NCBI GenBank assembly: GCA_963820435.1
Contig: CAWGAC010000008.1
Span: 6,497-70,496 of the forward strand
Direction of reading: 5' to 3'
DNA length: 64,000 nt
Origin: an uncultured Spirochaetota bacterium
GTDB lineage: Bacteria > Spirochaetota > Spirochaetia > SZUA-6 > Fen-1364
Made by a program: the position numbers and the translations under genes. Under the pieces are notes generated by a model. That model saw only the letters and a list, made by a program, of their open reading frames with translations. It was not told the origin of the DNA and did not search any database. Positions 30,353-40,703 of this stretch are shown here, one piece after another (the stretch's first letter is position 1; each line of letters starts with the position of its first letter).

Positions 30353-33300
30353 GCGCGGCGGCCCCTGCGGGGGAGATGTCGTCCGTACGACTGGAGGTCT
30401 TCACCCGCAGGCGCTACCCGGACGGCAGGGCGCGGCGGATCCTTCCGCTCCTGCGGCGCGCGGTCTCTCCGGCGATCAGCGACATCGCAATCGTGGACGT
30501 CTATCTGCTCTCCGGTATTCCCGGCCTGACCCATACGGTTGCCGCGGATGTTTTCCAGGACGCCGTTGCACAGGAGATTCTGGCGGACGAATACGCCGCG
30601 GAAAAGGCATTCGGAGGATCCTGGGAGCACCTTGTCGAAGTGACGGCAAAGCCGGGGGTCACCGACCCTGTCGCGCTCACCGCCCGCGAGGCCCTTGGGT
30701 CGTGTCTGCCCGGGGGCGTGCCCCCGGATGCCGTCATCCAGACCGCTGTCCAGTACCTTGTCACGCTTGACCCTTCAGGCTCCGTCGATTCCGATCTCCT
30801 CGCCCGTTTTTTTCATAATCCCCTCATCCAGTCCGCCGCCTGCATGCGGCAGCGGGAGTGGGCCCAGGGGATGCGCCCGGCCCGGCTCTATCCGCACACG
30901 GTGCCCGCGAGCCCGGCGGCCGTCCTGAGCATCGAGCTTGCGGGTCTGAGCGACCAGGAGCTGATGGAGCTTTCCCGGACTCGGCTCCTTGCCCTGTCCC
31001 TCGAGGAGATGAAGGCCGTGCAGCGGTTCTTCATGGACGAAGGGACGCGGCGCGCACGTCGGAAGCGCGGTCTTTCCACTGCGGCAACGGACGTGGAGCT
31101 GGAGATGATCGCCCAGACGTGGTCGGAGCACTGCAAGCACAAGATCTTCAATGCCGCCATCCGCTATCGCGAACAGGGGCGCGAGGAAACCATCCACTCC
31201 CTGTTCCGCACGTATATCAGGGCCACGACGGAGAGCATTGCGAAACGGCGGAGGTTCCTCCGGTCCGTTTTTCATGACAATTCCGGGGTGATCGCCTTTG
31301 ATCGCAGGACGCTTGTCTGCTTCAAGGTGGAAACGCACAACTCCCCGTCCGCCCTGGACCCCTACGGCGGGGCGATCACGGGAATCGTCGGGGTGAACCG
31401 CGATATCATGGGAACGGGCGTGGGGGCCCGTCCGCTCTTCAATACGAACGTGCTGTGTTTCGGTTTTCCGGATACACCGGCCGCCGAGGTCCCCGCGGGA
31501 TTGCTGCATCCGCGCCGGGTCCTCGACGGCGTGCACCGCGGCATTGTGGATGGCGGCAACCAGTCCGGCATCCCGACGGCTGCCGGCGCGTTTCTCTTCG
31601 ACGAAAGCTTTCTCGGCAAGCCGCTGGTGTTCTGCGGAACCGGGGGCGTTCTGCCGGCGCGTGTGCGCGGCAGGGATTCCTGCCTGAAACGCGTGCGGCC
31701 GGGAGACCTGGCGGTCATGACCGGCGGGAGGATCGGAAAGGACGGCATCCACGGCGCCACGTTCTCCTCTGAAGCGCTCAGTGAGACCTCACCCACCTCC
31801 GCGGTGCAGATCGGCGACCCGATCACCCAGAAGAAGATGCTCGACATGCTCCTGGAGGCGCGGGACCTCGGACTCTACCGCGGGATCACCGACAATGGGG
31901 CCGGCGGGCTCTCCTCATCCCTGGGGGAAATGGCAGGCCTGAGCGGAGGGGTGCGCGTCGATCTGGATGCGTGCCCGCTGAAATACGCGGGCCTGGCTGC
32001 CTGGGAAATCCTCGTCTCAGAGTCTCAGGAGCGGATGAGCCTGGCCGTGCCCCCCTCGACGGTAGAGGCGTTTCTCGATCTGGCGAGGCGCCGTGACGTC
32101 GAAGCCGCGGTTGTGGGGGAGTTTACGGATACGGGTGACGTAGAGGTGCTCGCGCATGGCACGCTGGTCGGATTGCTTCCCCTGAGCTTCCTCCACGAGG
32201 GTCTTCCCCTGATGGACCTGCGGGCCGAATGGACTCCCCCCTCCACCAAAGGTGGAGATGCCGCCGCGGCGGCCCTTTCTGCTTCCGTTGCCGACATCCC
32301 GCGCGTCATGCGCGCGCTGATCTCAGATCCGAATATCGCATCCCGGGAGGAGTGGGTGCGGGCGTACGACCACGAGGTGCAGGCGCGCTCCGTGGTCAAG
32401 CCGTTCGTCGGACGGCGCCGCGACGCGCCCTCGGATGGGGGCGTCATGCGTGTACGGCATGACTCCCGCCGCGGCATCACCATCACGCACGGCATCTGTC
32501 CGCGGTACGGCGACCACGACACATACGACATGGCCCAGTGCGCGGTGGATGAGGCGGTGCGTGCCCACGTGGCGCTCGGCGGCGACCCCGAGCGGATGTC
32601 CGCATTGGACAACTTCTGCTGGCCGGATCCCGTGGAAAGCCCCGAGACCCCGGACGGTCCCTTCAAGCTGGCCCAGCTCGTGCGCGCCTGCCGCGGGCTT
32701 GCCGCCGCGTGCCGGGCGTATCAGCTTCCCCTCATTTCGGGGAAGGACTCCATGAAGAACGATGCGCGCGTGGGCGGCAGGAAGATATCGATCCGTCCCA
32801 CCCTCCTCATCTCCCTGATGGGAGTCATCGAGGACGTGCGCAGGGCCCAGACCACGGATTTCAAAAGCCCGGGAGACCTTCTGTTTGTCGTAGGGGAGAC
32901 CCGCGGTGAGCTCGGGGGCACCTGCTTCGAGAGAATCAGTGGAGTCGCGCACGGGCCCTGCCCCTCCGTACGGCTCGGTCCTGCGCGCGAATCGTATCGC
33001 GCAATGCATGGCGCAATCCGGCAGGGGATGGTGCGCTCGTGCCACGACCTGGCTGACGGCGGGCTCTGGGTGGCGCTCGCGGAAAGCTGTCTGGGCGGGG
33101 ATCTTGGGGCGAGGGTCCTCCTGGACGCGCTGCCCGTGTCCCGGGAGAGCGGCCGGGAACCCGAGCGGCTGCTTTTCTGCGAGACGCCTTCACGATTTCT
33201 TGTCAGCGTGGCCCCGCGCAATCTCAAGCGATGGAGACGCATCATGAAGGGCGCGGCCTGCGGCTGGATCGGCGAGGTGACGCCTGAGCCCCGGGTCAGC

Positions 33301-33387
33301 GTGGAAACGGCAGGCCGGCAGGTCGCGTCCCTGACAATCGATGAGATCCGCGCGCTCTGGTCGCGGAGCGAAGGGACCTCGTCGTGA
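30349..33387 (+). CDS. purL: Phosphoribosylformylglycinamidine synthase PurL with N-terminal PurS-like domain
   Basis: QTWSEHCKHK, ETHNSPS, DGIHGATFSS, DNGAGG, SESQERM and ISGKDSM. About 200-aa N-terminal extension with KPGVTDP. Confidence 0.93.
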   Translation: MSAAAPAGEMSSVRLEVFTRRRYPDGRARRILPLLRRAVSPAISDIAIVDVYLLSGIPGLTHTVAADVFQDAVAQEILADEYAAEKAFGGSWEHLVEVTAKPGVTDPVALTAREALGSCLPGGVPPDAVIQTAVQYLVTLDPSGSVDSDLLARFFHNPLIQSAACMRQREWAQGMRPARLYPHTVPASPAAVLSIELAGLSDQELMELSRTRLLALSLEEMKAVQRFFMDEGTRRARRKRGLSTAATDVELEMIAQTWSEHCKHKIFNAAIRYREQGREETIHSLFRTYIRATTESIAKRRRFLRSVFHDNSGVIAFDRRTLVCFKVETHNSPSALDPYGGAITGIVGVNRDIMGTGVGARPLFNTNVLCFGFPDTPAAEVPAGLLHPRRVLDGVHRGIVDGGNQSGIPTAAGAFLFDESFLGKPLVFCGTGGVLPARVRGRDSCLKRVRPGDLAVMTGGRIGKDGIHGATFSSEALSETSPTSAVQIGDPITQKKMLDMLLEARDLGLYRGITDNGAGGLSSSLGEMAGLSGGVRVDLDACPLKYAGLAAWEILVSESQERMSLAVPPSTVEAFLDLARRRDVEAAVVGEFTDTGDVEVLAHGTLVGLLPLSFLHEGLPLMDLRAEWTPPSTKGGDAAAAALSASVADIPRVMRALISDPNIASREEWVRAYDHEVQARSVVKPFVGRRRDAPSDGGVMRVRHDSRRGITITHGICPRYGDHDTYDMAQCAVDEAVRAHVALGGDPERMSALDNFCWPDPVESPETPDGPFKLAQLVRACRGLAAACRAYQLPLISGKDSMKNDARVGGRKISIRPTLLISLMGVIEDVRRAQTTDFKSPGDLLFVVGETRGELGGTCFERISGVAHGPCPSVRLGPARESYRAMHGAIRQGMVRSCHDLADGGLWVALAESCLGGDLGARVLLDALPVSRESGREPERLLFCETPSRFLVSVAPRNLKRWRRIMKGAACGWIGEVTPEPRVSVETAGRQVASLTIDEIRALWSRSEGTSS

Positions 33388-34212
33388 AGGGGAGAAGGCC
33401 CCGGGTCTGCATCATCACCGGGCTTGGTATCAACGCGGATGAAGAGCTCGCATGCGCCTTCGACCGGGCAGGCGGGGAGGCCGTTCGGGTGCATGTGAGA
33501 GACCTCATCGGCGCTCCGCGTCTTCTGTCCACGTTCCGGATTCTCGCTTTTCCCGGCGGCTTCTCATTCGGCGACCATCTCGGCTCGGGGAAGGTCTTTG
33601 CCACTCTTTTCCGCCGTACGCTGGGCGGTGAATTGGGGGAGTTCATAACGGGTGGAGGTCTCGTTCTCGGGATCTGCAACGGCTTCCAGGTGCTCGTCAA
33701 GATGGGGGTTCTGCCCAATCTCGAAGGCAACGGAGCTCAGGAGGTTTCCCTGATCCACAACGATTCAGGAAAATACGAGGATCGCTGGGTCAGGGTCCGG
33801 TTCGAGGAGAACAGCCGCTGCGTGTGGACAAAGGGGCTTTCCGACATGGACCTGCCCGTCCGGCATGGCGAAGGCAAGTTCGTGGTGAAAACGAATGAGG
33901 CCATGAATGCGCTTGTGGCCCGCGGCCTGGTTGCCTTGCGCTACACCTCCAGGGTCGCAGGAGGGAATGACGTGAGATACCCCGACGATCCCAATGGTTC
34001 CGACGGGCACGTGGCCGGTATCTGCGACCCCACGGGAAGGGTCTTCGGCCTCATGCCCCACCCCGAGGCGTTCCTTCATGCGGAGAATCATCCGCAGTGG
34101 ACATTGCCGGATACGCCTCCACGGCATGGTCGTGACCGCGCGCGCGGTGAAGGCCTTCGCATTCTGGCGAACGGAGTGCGCGCGGCGGCGGACCGCGGCG
34201 GACCGTTCTTGA
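33384..34212 (+). CDS. purQ: FGAM synthase glutaminase subunit PurQ
   Basis: PGGFSFGD, LGICNGFQ, HGEG and GLMPHPE. Natural stop TGA at 34210-34212 is in frame if one copy of the 10-bp tandem duplication at 34185-34204 is removed. Confidence 0.92.
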
Positions 34213-34238
34213 CAGGCGGAGTAGTATTTCTCTATTAT
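34209..34238 (+). promoter_or_regulatory. Sigma70 promoter of tRNA-Ala
   Basis: TTGACA-18-TATTAT, 13 bp upstream of the tRNA. Confidence 0.7.
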
Positions 34239-34251
34239 GCTCGAGTGTTCC

Positions 34252-34325
34252 GGGGGCGTAGCTCAGTTGGCTAGAGCGCTTGAATGGCATTCAAGAGGTC
34301 GTGGGTTCAATTCCCGTCGCCTCCA
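34252..34325 (+). tRNA. tRNA-Ala (anticodon GGC)
   Basis: 74-nt cloverleaf: acceptor GGGGGCG/CGCCTCC, anticodon arm CTTGA-ATGGCAT-TCAAG, T-loop TTCAATT. Confidence 0.95.
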
Positions 34326-34336
34326 CTAAGGCTCAC

Positions 34337-36010
34337 ATGGATAACAAAAAAGGGGCGCCTGCACAAAACGGCCTCGATCCCGACATCGCTGAGCTCCTGA
34401 ATATAGAGCAGCCGCGGCCTGCTCCCGAGCCGGAGCCTGAGCCCGGCCCGGAAACCTCCGGCAAACCCGACTTTCACACCCTGTTTACCGACGAAAGGAA
34501 ACAGAAGATACACGGGGAAGAAGTCGACACTACCCGCACGCGTTTCCCCACCATCGTCAAGATTCAGGAAGATCCAAAGCCCTTCTTCCAGGACAAGGAC
34601 TACTACAAGCAGGTGCTCGGCGGAGAGGGGGAGGAGGGGCCCCGGCTTCACGAGCTGCTGGGCAAGTACATGAAGGCAGAGGACCCGGAAGAGAAGTCCC
34701 ATTTCCGGGCCCAGCTCATATCCGCCTTCTGGGAGCTGGGAGCCCGGGTTGCGTATCGCGCGGGCAGGGGACTGCTCACGCCCAAGAGGCTGCTGCTCCG
34801 TTTCGGAATTCTCTCCCCGGGTTTCCTGACACCGGAGCTGCGGGACATGGTCTCCCGCATCGTGTTCGACAACCAGGTGGGCGAGCCGGTCTGGTACGTC
34901 GACGAATGGCTGGAGCGGATCTCGAAAGGTCTGGTCAGGCCTTCGACCGTCGACGAGATCAAGCAGAAAGGAAAGGCCACCGGGCAGAAGATCCTTGATG
35001 CCGTTGAGAAGAAAAAGGGCCAGCGGGACAGCGAGATCACGATTCTGAAGGCCAAGATCTCCCAGCTCGAGGAACGGGAATCCCAGCTGCGGGGCCAGGT
35101 GGACCTGCTGATCCGGCATGACAGGAACGAGGAGTACGGGGGCCTGAAAGCGGCGTATTCCGCCACTCAGAAGGCCGCGCTGGCGCAGATCCAGGAGCTG
35201 CTCCGGCAGCTTTCGACCCTGGACGGCCAGATCGTTTCCTCTTATGGGGACCTTGCGCGGATCGACAAGGACCTGGAATCACTTGGACGCAAGTCCGAGG
35301 GAGTAGACGCGCAAAGCACGGTAGACCGGAGAACCGTGGTCGAGGAGTGGGCCAGCATCCGCCAGATGGCCAAGATGTGCGTGGGCAGGCAGGGGAATCA
35401 TTTTCCCATCTTTCTCTCGCAGTTCGTCCGCCCCCTCATCAAGGAGATCGGCACCCGTGAGAACGTGATCCGGGAGATGGCGCAGGTGGAGGCCATGGAT
35501 CCCGGCCTCTTTCTCAGGACCTACAAGAGCCAGACCACGAGGATCGTGCCCAACGTGATCCTCCTGGCGAGCTACGGGGATACGGGAGTCTGCTGGGAGC
35601 CGTTCGAGAAGTTCAATCGCGCCACCAGCCGCGGCCGCATTGCCGTCCCGATGTTTCCCAAGAGCCTTGCCGTTGCGGTGCTCACTGCCCTGGCGGACCT
35701 GCGGTGGCAGGTGGCCAAGGAGAAGGCGCAGTACTACTGGATGGAAGAAGGCATCACGGGCAAGTACTACCAGTGGTTCACCGAGCACAAGCTCCGCGGG
35801 GACGTGCGCGAGTATTTCATACGCGACTATGCGCTGTGGATAAACAAGGAAAGCCAGGGAATGCAGAAGCTGGACAAGGACGTGCGCGGGATCTTCTGGC
35901 GCATGATGCCGTTCCCGCAGCACATCAAGGACAATCTGAAGAACCGCGGATTCGTGTACAACGACCTGTACAAGAAAGATCTCAACATCGCCAAGTCCGA
36001 CGGGTACTGA
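34337..36010 (+). CDS. Conserved hypothetical protein (557 aa, central coiled coil), spirochaete-type
   Basis: Long clean ORF; the VPNVILLASYGDTGVCWEPF...SRGRIAVP motif is recalled from spirochaete hypothetical proteins (not database-checked). Confidence 0.75.
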   Translation: MDNKKGAPAQNGLDPDIAELLNIEQPRPAPEPEPEPGPETSGKPDFHTLFTDERKQKIHGEEVDTTRTRFPTIVKIQEDPKPFFQDKDYYKQVLGGEGEEGPRLHELLGKYMKAEDPEEKSHFRAQLISAFWELGARVAYRAGRGLLTPKRLLLRFGILSPGFLTPELRDMVSRIVFDNQVGEPVWYVDEWLERISKGLVRPSTVDEIKQKGKATGQKILDAVEKKKGQRDSEITILKAKISQLEERESQLRGQVDLLIRHDRNEEYGGLKAAYSATQKAALAQIQELLRQLSTLDGQIVSSYGDLARIDKDLESLGRKSEGVDAQSTVDRRTVVEEWASIRQMAKMCVGRQGNHFPIFLSQFVRPLIKEIGTRENVIREMAQVEAMDPGLFLRTYKSQTTRIVPNVILLASYGDTGVCWEPFEKFNRATSRGRIAVPMFPKSLAVAVLTALADLRWQVAKEKAQYYWMEEGITGKYYQWFTEHKLRGDVREYFIRDYALWINKESQGMQKLDKDVRGIFWRMMPFPQHIKDNLKNRGFVYNDLYKKDLNIAKSDGY

Positions 36011-36061
36011 GCCACGGTACCTTGCACGGTACTCCGTGCAGTTCCGTGGCATTCGCGGCCG

Positions 36062-36577
36062 CTACATGTAACGCACCACTTCCTGGAGGCTCTTTCTCTG
36101 CTTCCGGCCTTTCTTCGTGAAGCCGGGCTTCGGATACCCCAGCGGCGTGATTGCGTACACGCGGTCCTCCACGCCGAGACCCAGCGCCGTGCGCAGCGCC
36201 ACCGGGTCGAATGTCGCGATCCAGCAGGTGCCCACCCCTTCGTTCTCCGCCGCCAGGATCATATGGTCCGTGGCGATGATCAGGTCGGTTTCAATGGAGT
36301 TCCATCCGTCCTGCCGTGTCCAGGAATCCCCCGTTCTGCCCGTGACGACGAGCACGTGCGGCGCATCCTGAAACCAGGGTTTCGTGTAGCATCGGCGGAC
36401 CTGGGCGAGCATCTCCCGTGAGGAGACGACGAGGAACTTCCAGGGCTGCCGGTTGGCCGCAGAGGGCGCGATGCGCCCGGCGTCCAGGATCCTCCCCAGA
36501 ACCTCTTTCCCCACGGGCCGCGTCGGGTCGTAGTTCCGTATGCTTTCTCTTTCGCAGATAACGCGCGTGAAGTCCAT
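36062..36577 (-). CDS. Nitroreductase family protein
   Basis: RESIRNY, APSAANRQPWKF and GVGTCWI. Confidence 0.9.
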   Translation of the reverse strand: MDFTRVICERESIRNYDPTRPVGKEVLGRILDAGRIAPSAANRQPWKFLVVSSREMLAQVRRCYTKPWFQDAPHVLVVTGRTGDSWTRQDGWNSIETDLIIATDHMILAAENEGVGTCWIATFDPVALRTALGLGVEDRVYAITPLGYPKPGFTKKGRKQRKSLQEVVRYM

Positions 36578-36580
36578 GGT

Positions 36581-36856
36581 CTATTTCTTCCTGCCCTTGA
36601 AGAGCTGGGGTATGTGCTTCTGCAGATCGAACTTCACAGTGATCCACTTCATCACTCTGCCGTAAATCAGGAAGGTGAGAACCATGGCGGCGATGAGGCC
36701 GACGACGATCAACGGCATTGCAACGTTGGGATTGGCGTGGGCTCCGAGAATGACCAGGATGAGCCCCCCGAAGAGCGCGGCCAGGCCGATCATCAGCACG
36801 ACGTTGAACACCGTGGCGCCGACGAAGAAGAGGACCATCTTCCCGGTCGAGCTCAT
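36581..36856 (-). CDS. Small two-TM membrane protein
   Basis: ATG overlaps the lspA stop; two hydrophobic helices. Confidence 0.65.
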   Translation of the reverse strand: MSSTGKMVLFFVGATVFNVVLMIGLAALFGGLILVILGAHANPNVAMPLIVVGLIAAMVLTFLIYGRVMKWITVKFDLQKHIPQLFKGRKK

Positions 36857-37389
36857 TTTTTCTCCTCTGCTGGCCGGGCGGGGATGAGGAAAGTCACGAA
36901 CAGGAGTATGCCGGCGAGCACCACTGTCATATCGGCGAGGTTGAACGTGGGCCAACGGGCCAGCCCGAGAAATCCGTAGAACTTGAAATCCAGAAAATCC
37001 ACAACTCCTTCCGGGCGGATGATCCGGTCCACGTAGTTTCCCAGCCCGCCGCCAAGGAGCGCGCCGAATGTCCACTTCTGAAGCCGGGTGAGAGGGTCAC
37101 GCGTGAGAAGATAATAGAGGAAAAGGAGGGCGATCACCGCGAGGGGAAGGAGGCTGAAAAGCGTCCGGCGCGGGCCCGAGGCAATACCGTGGCCGATGCT
37201 GAATGCGATGGCGGGATTCTGCACGTGGATGATCCGGAAAAAGTCGCCGATGACGGAAACCCCTCCGGCCTTCGGCACCGTCCAGAGAACGACGAGCTTC
37301 GACACCTGGTCCAGGATGATGATGCCCGCGGAGAGCACGAGCGGGAGGAGCCTGGACTTGATGTCCCTCTTTGCGACGTTCAGAATCAT
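36853..37389 (-). CDS. lspA: Lipoprotein signal peptidase II
   Basis: LDQVSK, NPAIAFS, GGGLGNYVDR, VVDFLD and PTFNLAD. Confidence 0.95.
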   Translation of the reverse strand: MILNVAKRDIKSRLLPLVLSAGIIILDQVSKLVVLWTVPKAGGVSVIGDFFRIIHVQNPAIAFSIGHGIASGPRRTLFSLLPLAVIALLFLYYLLTRDPLTRLQKWTFGALLGGGLGNYVDRIIRPEGVVDFLDFKFYGFLGLARWPTFNLADMTVVLAGILLFVTFLIPARPAEEKK

Positions 37390-38151
37390 TTACAACCCCG
37401 TGGGAATGTCGAGATATGTCGTTTCCACGCCTGTTTCCCGCGCGAGCCTGTCTGCAAGCAGCTGGACGCCGAAGGATTCCGTGTGGTAGTGACCAGCAAA
37501 GATAACATGGATTCGGCTTTCGAGGCAATGATGATAGATCTCATGGGCGGATTCTCCGGTGATATACAGGTCAAGACCTTCAGCGACCGCCTGCGTGAAC
37601 TCTCTTGGCACGTCTCCCGATACGATGCCGACGGATTGTATCCTCGGGGGGCCGAAGGGCAGAGTCCGGATCTGCTCTCCCTGCCGGCCGCCAAGACGCA
37701 GCACGATCTCTTCGAGGCGCGCAGGGGCCGGCAGAATCCCTTTGCACCCGATTTTCAGGCCCCGATACGAGCAGAATGGCTGGATGTCGGTCAGCCCGAG
37801 AAGCCGGGCGATGCCGATGTTGTTGCCGACCTCGGCGTGCAGATCCAGGGGCAGGTGCACGGCGTACAGGGCCAGACCGTGCTCCACGAGGAACCGCACA
37901 CGCTCATAAAAGGCGCCCGTGATCCGGGCAGGCCTGCCCCAGAGAATTCCGTGATGAACGAAGAGCGTGTCCGCCCCCGCCTCGGCGGCCCGGCGAAAGC
38001 TTTCCATGGACGCATCCACGGCGAATGCGACTTTCCGCACTTCCGCCGCGGCGCTGCCGACCTGCAGTCCGTTCTGACTGTTGTCTATGTCGTCCAGCGC
38101 GCCAATGCCGAGGAACGTCGAAAGCCATTGATCGAGCTCTGCGAGTGTCAT
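37390..38151 (-). CDS. Nif3-like dinuclear metal centre protein (YbgI family)
   Basis: NGLQV, LFVHHG, LYAVHLPLD, ITGE and AGHYHTE. Confidence 0.92.
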   Translation of the reverse strand: MTLAELDQWLSTFLGIGALDDIDNSQNGLQVGSAAAEVRKVAFAVDASMESFRRAAEAGADTLFVHHGILWGRPARITGAFYERVRFLVEHGLALYAVHLPLDLHAEVGNNIGIARLLGLTDIQPFCSYRGLKIGCKGILPAPARLEEIVLRLGGRQGEQIRTLPFGPPRIQSVGIVSGDVPREFTQAVAEGLDLYITGESAHEIYHHCLESRIHVIFAGHYHTESFGVQLLADRLARETGVETTYLDIPTGL

Positions 38152-38236
38152 GCGATCCCCCCCGCGGAAGTGTAGGCTTTCCCCGCCGCCGCCTTCAAGG
38201 GAATGAATTGACAGATGGCGTACAATAAGGGACGTC

Positions 38237-39391
38237 ATGACGCAGACACAGCCCCCGGGCATCGAGGTCCTTCCTGTACGCACCCGCCGTGAACGGAGAC
38301 TCTTCCTGACGTTTCCCTGGAGAATCTACGCGGATGACCCCCTGTGGGTTCCGCCCCTTCTCTCCGAGCGGGCGAAGACCCTCGATCCCCGGCGCGGCGC
38401 GTTCTTCAAGAGGGGAGAGGCCGAGCAGTTCATCGCGTGGAAGAACGGCATCCCGGTGGGCACAATCTGTGCCGCGGAGGACAAGGCAGACAACGCGAGC
38501 ATGCACAAGCGCGAGTGCATGTTCGGATTTTTCGAGTACGCTGCAGGAAGAAGCAGTTGCGCATGCCATGATCGACCGGGTGTCGCAGTGGGCGGCCGCG
38601 CGCGGACTTGCCACTCTCGGAGGGCCCTTCAACCTCGACTATGAGGACAGCTACGGAGTTCTCGTGGAGGGAAGAGACCGTCCGCCGGTCATACTGTGCG
38701 GTCACACCCCGCCGTACTACCAGGACTTTTTCGAGCACAACGGCTTCAGGCCGCTGGCGGGCGACAATCTCGCGTACGAGCTCACGCTCGACACAAGCTC
38801 TCCGGCGCTCCAGCGCACCGCGGTCCTCGCGGAGCGGATCAGGCGCAAGGGATGGATTCGCATCCGCACCCCCGATCTCCGACAGTGGAAGAGCGAGGTG
38901 GAGGTGGTGCAGGAGCTGATGAACAGGTCCATGGCCCACCTTCCCGATTTCGCCGGTGGGAAAGAGAGGCCGTGGAAGGCCTGCTGGAGCCGTTCAAGAC
39001 GATTGCGGATCCGGATCTCGTGCTCTTTGCCGAAATCGAAGGGAAAACCATCGGGTGGTTCGCCGGCGTGGCGAACATGAACGAGGTGCTGATCCACCTC
39101 AACGGGCTGAGGTATCCATGGGACCTGCTGCGCGCGCTGCGCTGGATGCGCTCCAAGCCGCGATGCATCGCGATCAAGAGCATCCTGATCCTGCCGGAAT
39201 ACTGGGGAAGCGGCGCGGCGCTCCTTCTCATCGACGAGATGGCGCGCCGGGCGCGCGCCAAGGGGTACCAGTGGGCGGACCTTTCCCTTACCTCCGACGA
39301 CAACCCCTACACGCCCGAGCTCGCCACGCGCATGGGCGCGCGAATCTACAAGCGCTATAGCGTCTACGGCAAGCCGATCGGTGCGGCCTGA
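38237..39391 (+). CDS. GNAT-superfamily acetyltransferase-like protein (2 frameshifts)
   Basis: DPLWVPPL, FGFFE, GPFN, PPYY and PEYWGSG across ORFs 38237-38644, 38334-39080 and 38696-39391. Confidence 0.75.
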
Positions 39392-39526
39392 TTTCCCGTA
39401 GCGGGCTCTTGAGCGCCGAGCCTCGAGGCGCCTCTGACTCGACCGTCCCCATGTCAATGTATAGCATACCTTTTTAGTCACCAATCAATTGAAGCCTGAC
39501 AAGAGAACCAAAGAGGAGGGGTAGCC

Positions 39527-40693
39527 GTGAACTATTTCCTGACCGAAGACCAGAAAATGATCAAGGACCTGGCCGCGCAGATCGCGCGTGAGAAGATCGC
39601 GCCCATCGCGGCCGAGCTGGACGAGTCAGGGGAGTTCCCCTGGGAGGTCGTGAAGACCCTCGCCAAGTCCGACCTCTTCCGCGTCTTCATCCCCACGGAG
39701 TACGACGGGCTGGGCGGCGGCATGTTCGAGATGTGCCTCGTCGTGGAGGAGCTCTCCCGCGCCTGCAGCGGCATCGCGCTCGCCTACGCGGCCTCGGGCC
39801 TGGGCACCATCCCGATCATCCTGTTCGGCAACGAGGAGCAGAAGAAGAAATACCTGCCGCGGCTCGCCGCCGGGGAGATCCTCGCCGCCTTCGGGCTCAC
39901 CGAGTCCGGCGCGGGAAGCGACGCCGCCGCCATCAAGACCACCGCGAAGCCGGACGGCGACTCCTACGTCATCAACGGCACCAAGCAGTGGATCACCAAC
40001 GGCGGCGAGGCGTCCATCTACACCGTCGTCGCCCTGACCGATCCCGCACGGGGCGTGCGCGGCTCCTCCACCATCCTCGTGGAAAAGGACCACCCGGGTT
40101 TCACCTTCGGCAAGAAGGAAAACAAGATGGGCATCCGCGCCTCCGCCACCCGCGAGCTCGTGTTCCAGGACTGCCGCGTGCCGAAGACAAACCTCCTCGC
40201 CAAGGAAGGCATGGGCTTCCTCGTGGCCATGAAGACGCTCGACCAGTCGCGGCCCGGCGTGGCCTCCCAGGCGCTGGGCATCGCCGCAGGGCGCCCTGGA
40301 CAAGGCCGTCGAATACTCGCGGGAGCGGCGCCAGTTCGGCAAGCCCATCTCCGCCTTCCAGGGCATCCAGTTCATGCTCGCCGACATGGCCACGCAGGTG
40401 GAGGCGGCGCGCGCCCTGACCTATGCGGCGGCGCGCAGCATCGACGCGGGGAGAAGGACGTGTCGCGGCTGTCCGCCATGGCCAAGGTGTTCGCCTCCGA
40501 CACGGCCATGCGGGTCACCACGGACGCCGTGCAGATCCTCGGCGGCTACGGCTACATGAAGGAGTACCCGGTCGAGAAGATGATGCGGGACGCGAAGATC
40601 ACCCAGATCTACGAGGGCACCAACCAGATCCAGCGCGAGGTGATCGCCCTCGGGCTGATCAAGGAAAGCGTGCGCGGAGCGGCAAAGGTCTGA
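39527..40693 (+). CDS. Acyl-CoA (butyryl-CoA-type) dehydrogenase (2 frameshifts near 40280 and 40445)
   Basis: [34 protein letters not shown] and [10 protein letters not shown]; GAGGAGG RBS. Confidence 0.92.
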   Translation: MNYFLTEDQKMIKDLAAQIAREKIAPIAAELDESGEFPWEVVKTLAKSDLFRVFIPTEYDGLGGGMFEMCLVVEELSRACSGIALAYAASGLGTIPIILFGNEEQKKKYLPRLAAGEILAAFGLTESGAGSDAAAIKTTAKPDGDSYVINGTKQWITNGGEASIYTVVALTDPARGVRGSSTILVEKDHPGFTFGKKENKMGIRASATRELVFQDCRVPKTNLLAKEGMGFLVAMKTLDQSRPGVASQALGIAAGRPGQGRRILAGAAPVRQAHLRLPGHPVHARRHGHAGGGGARPDLCGGAQHRRGEKDVSRLSAMAKVFASDTAMRVTTDAVQILGGYGYMKEYPVEKMMRDAKITQIYEGTNQIQREVIALGLIKESVRGAAKV

Positions 40694-40703
40694 GGAGCCC
40701 GTC

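Noticed and set aside
38208-38226. TTGACA and TACAAT consensus boxes before the GNAT gene
   Set aside because: They are only 7 bp apart, so they cannot form one sigma70 promoter; the -10 alone may be real.
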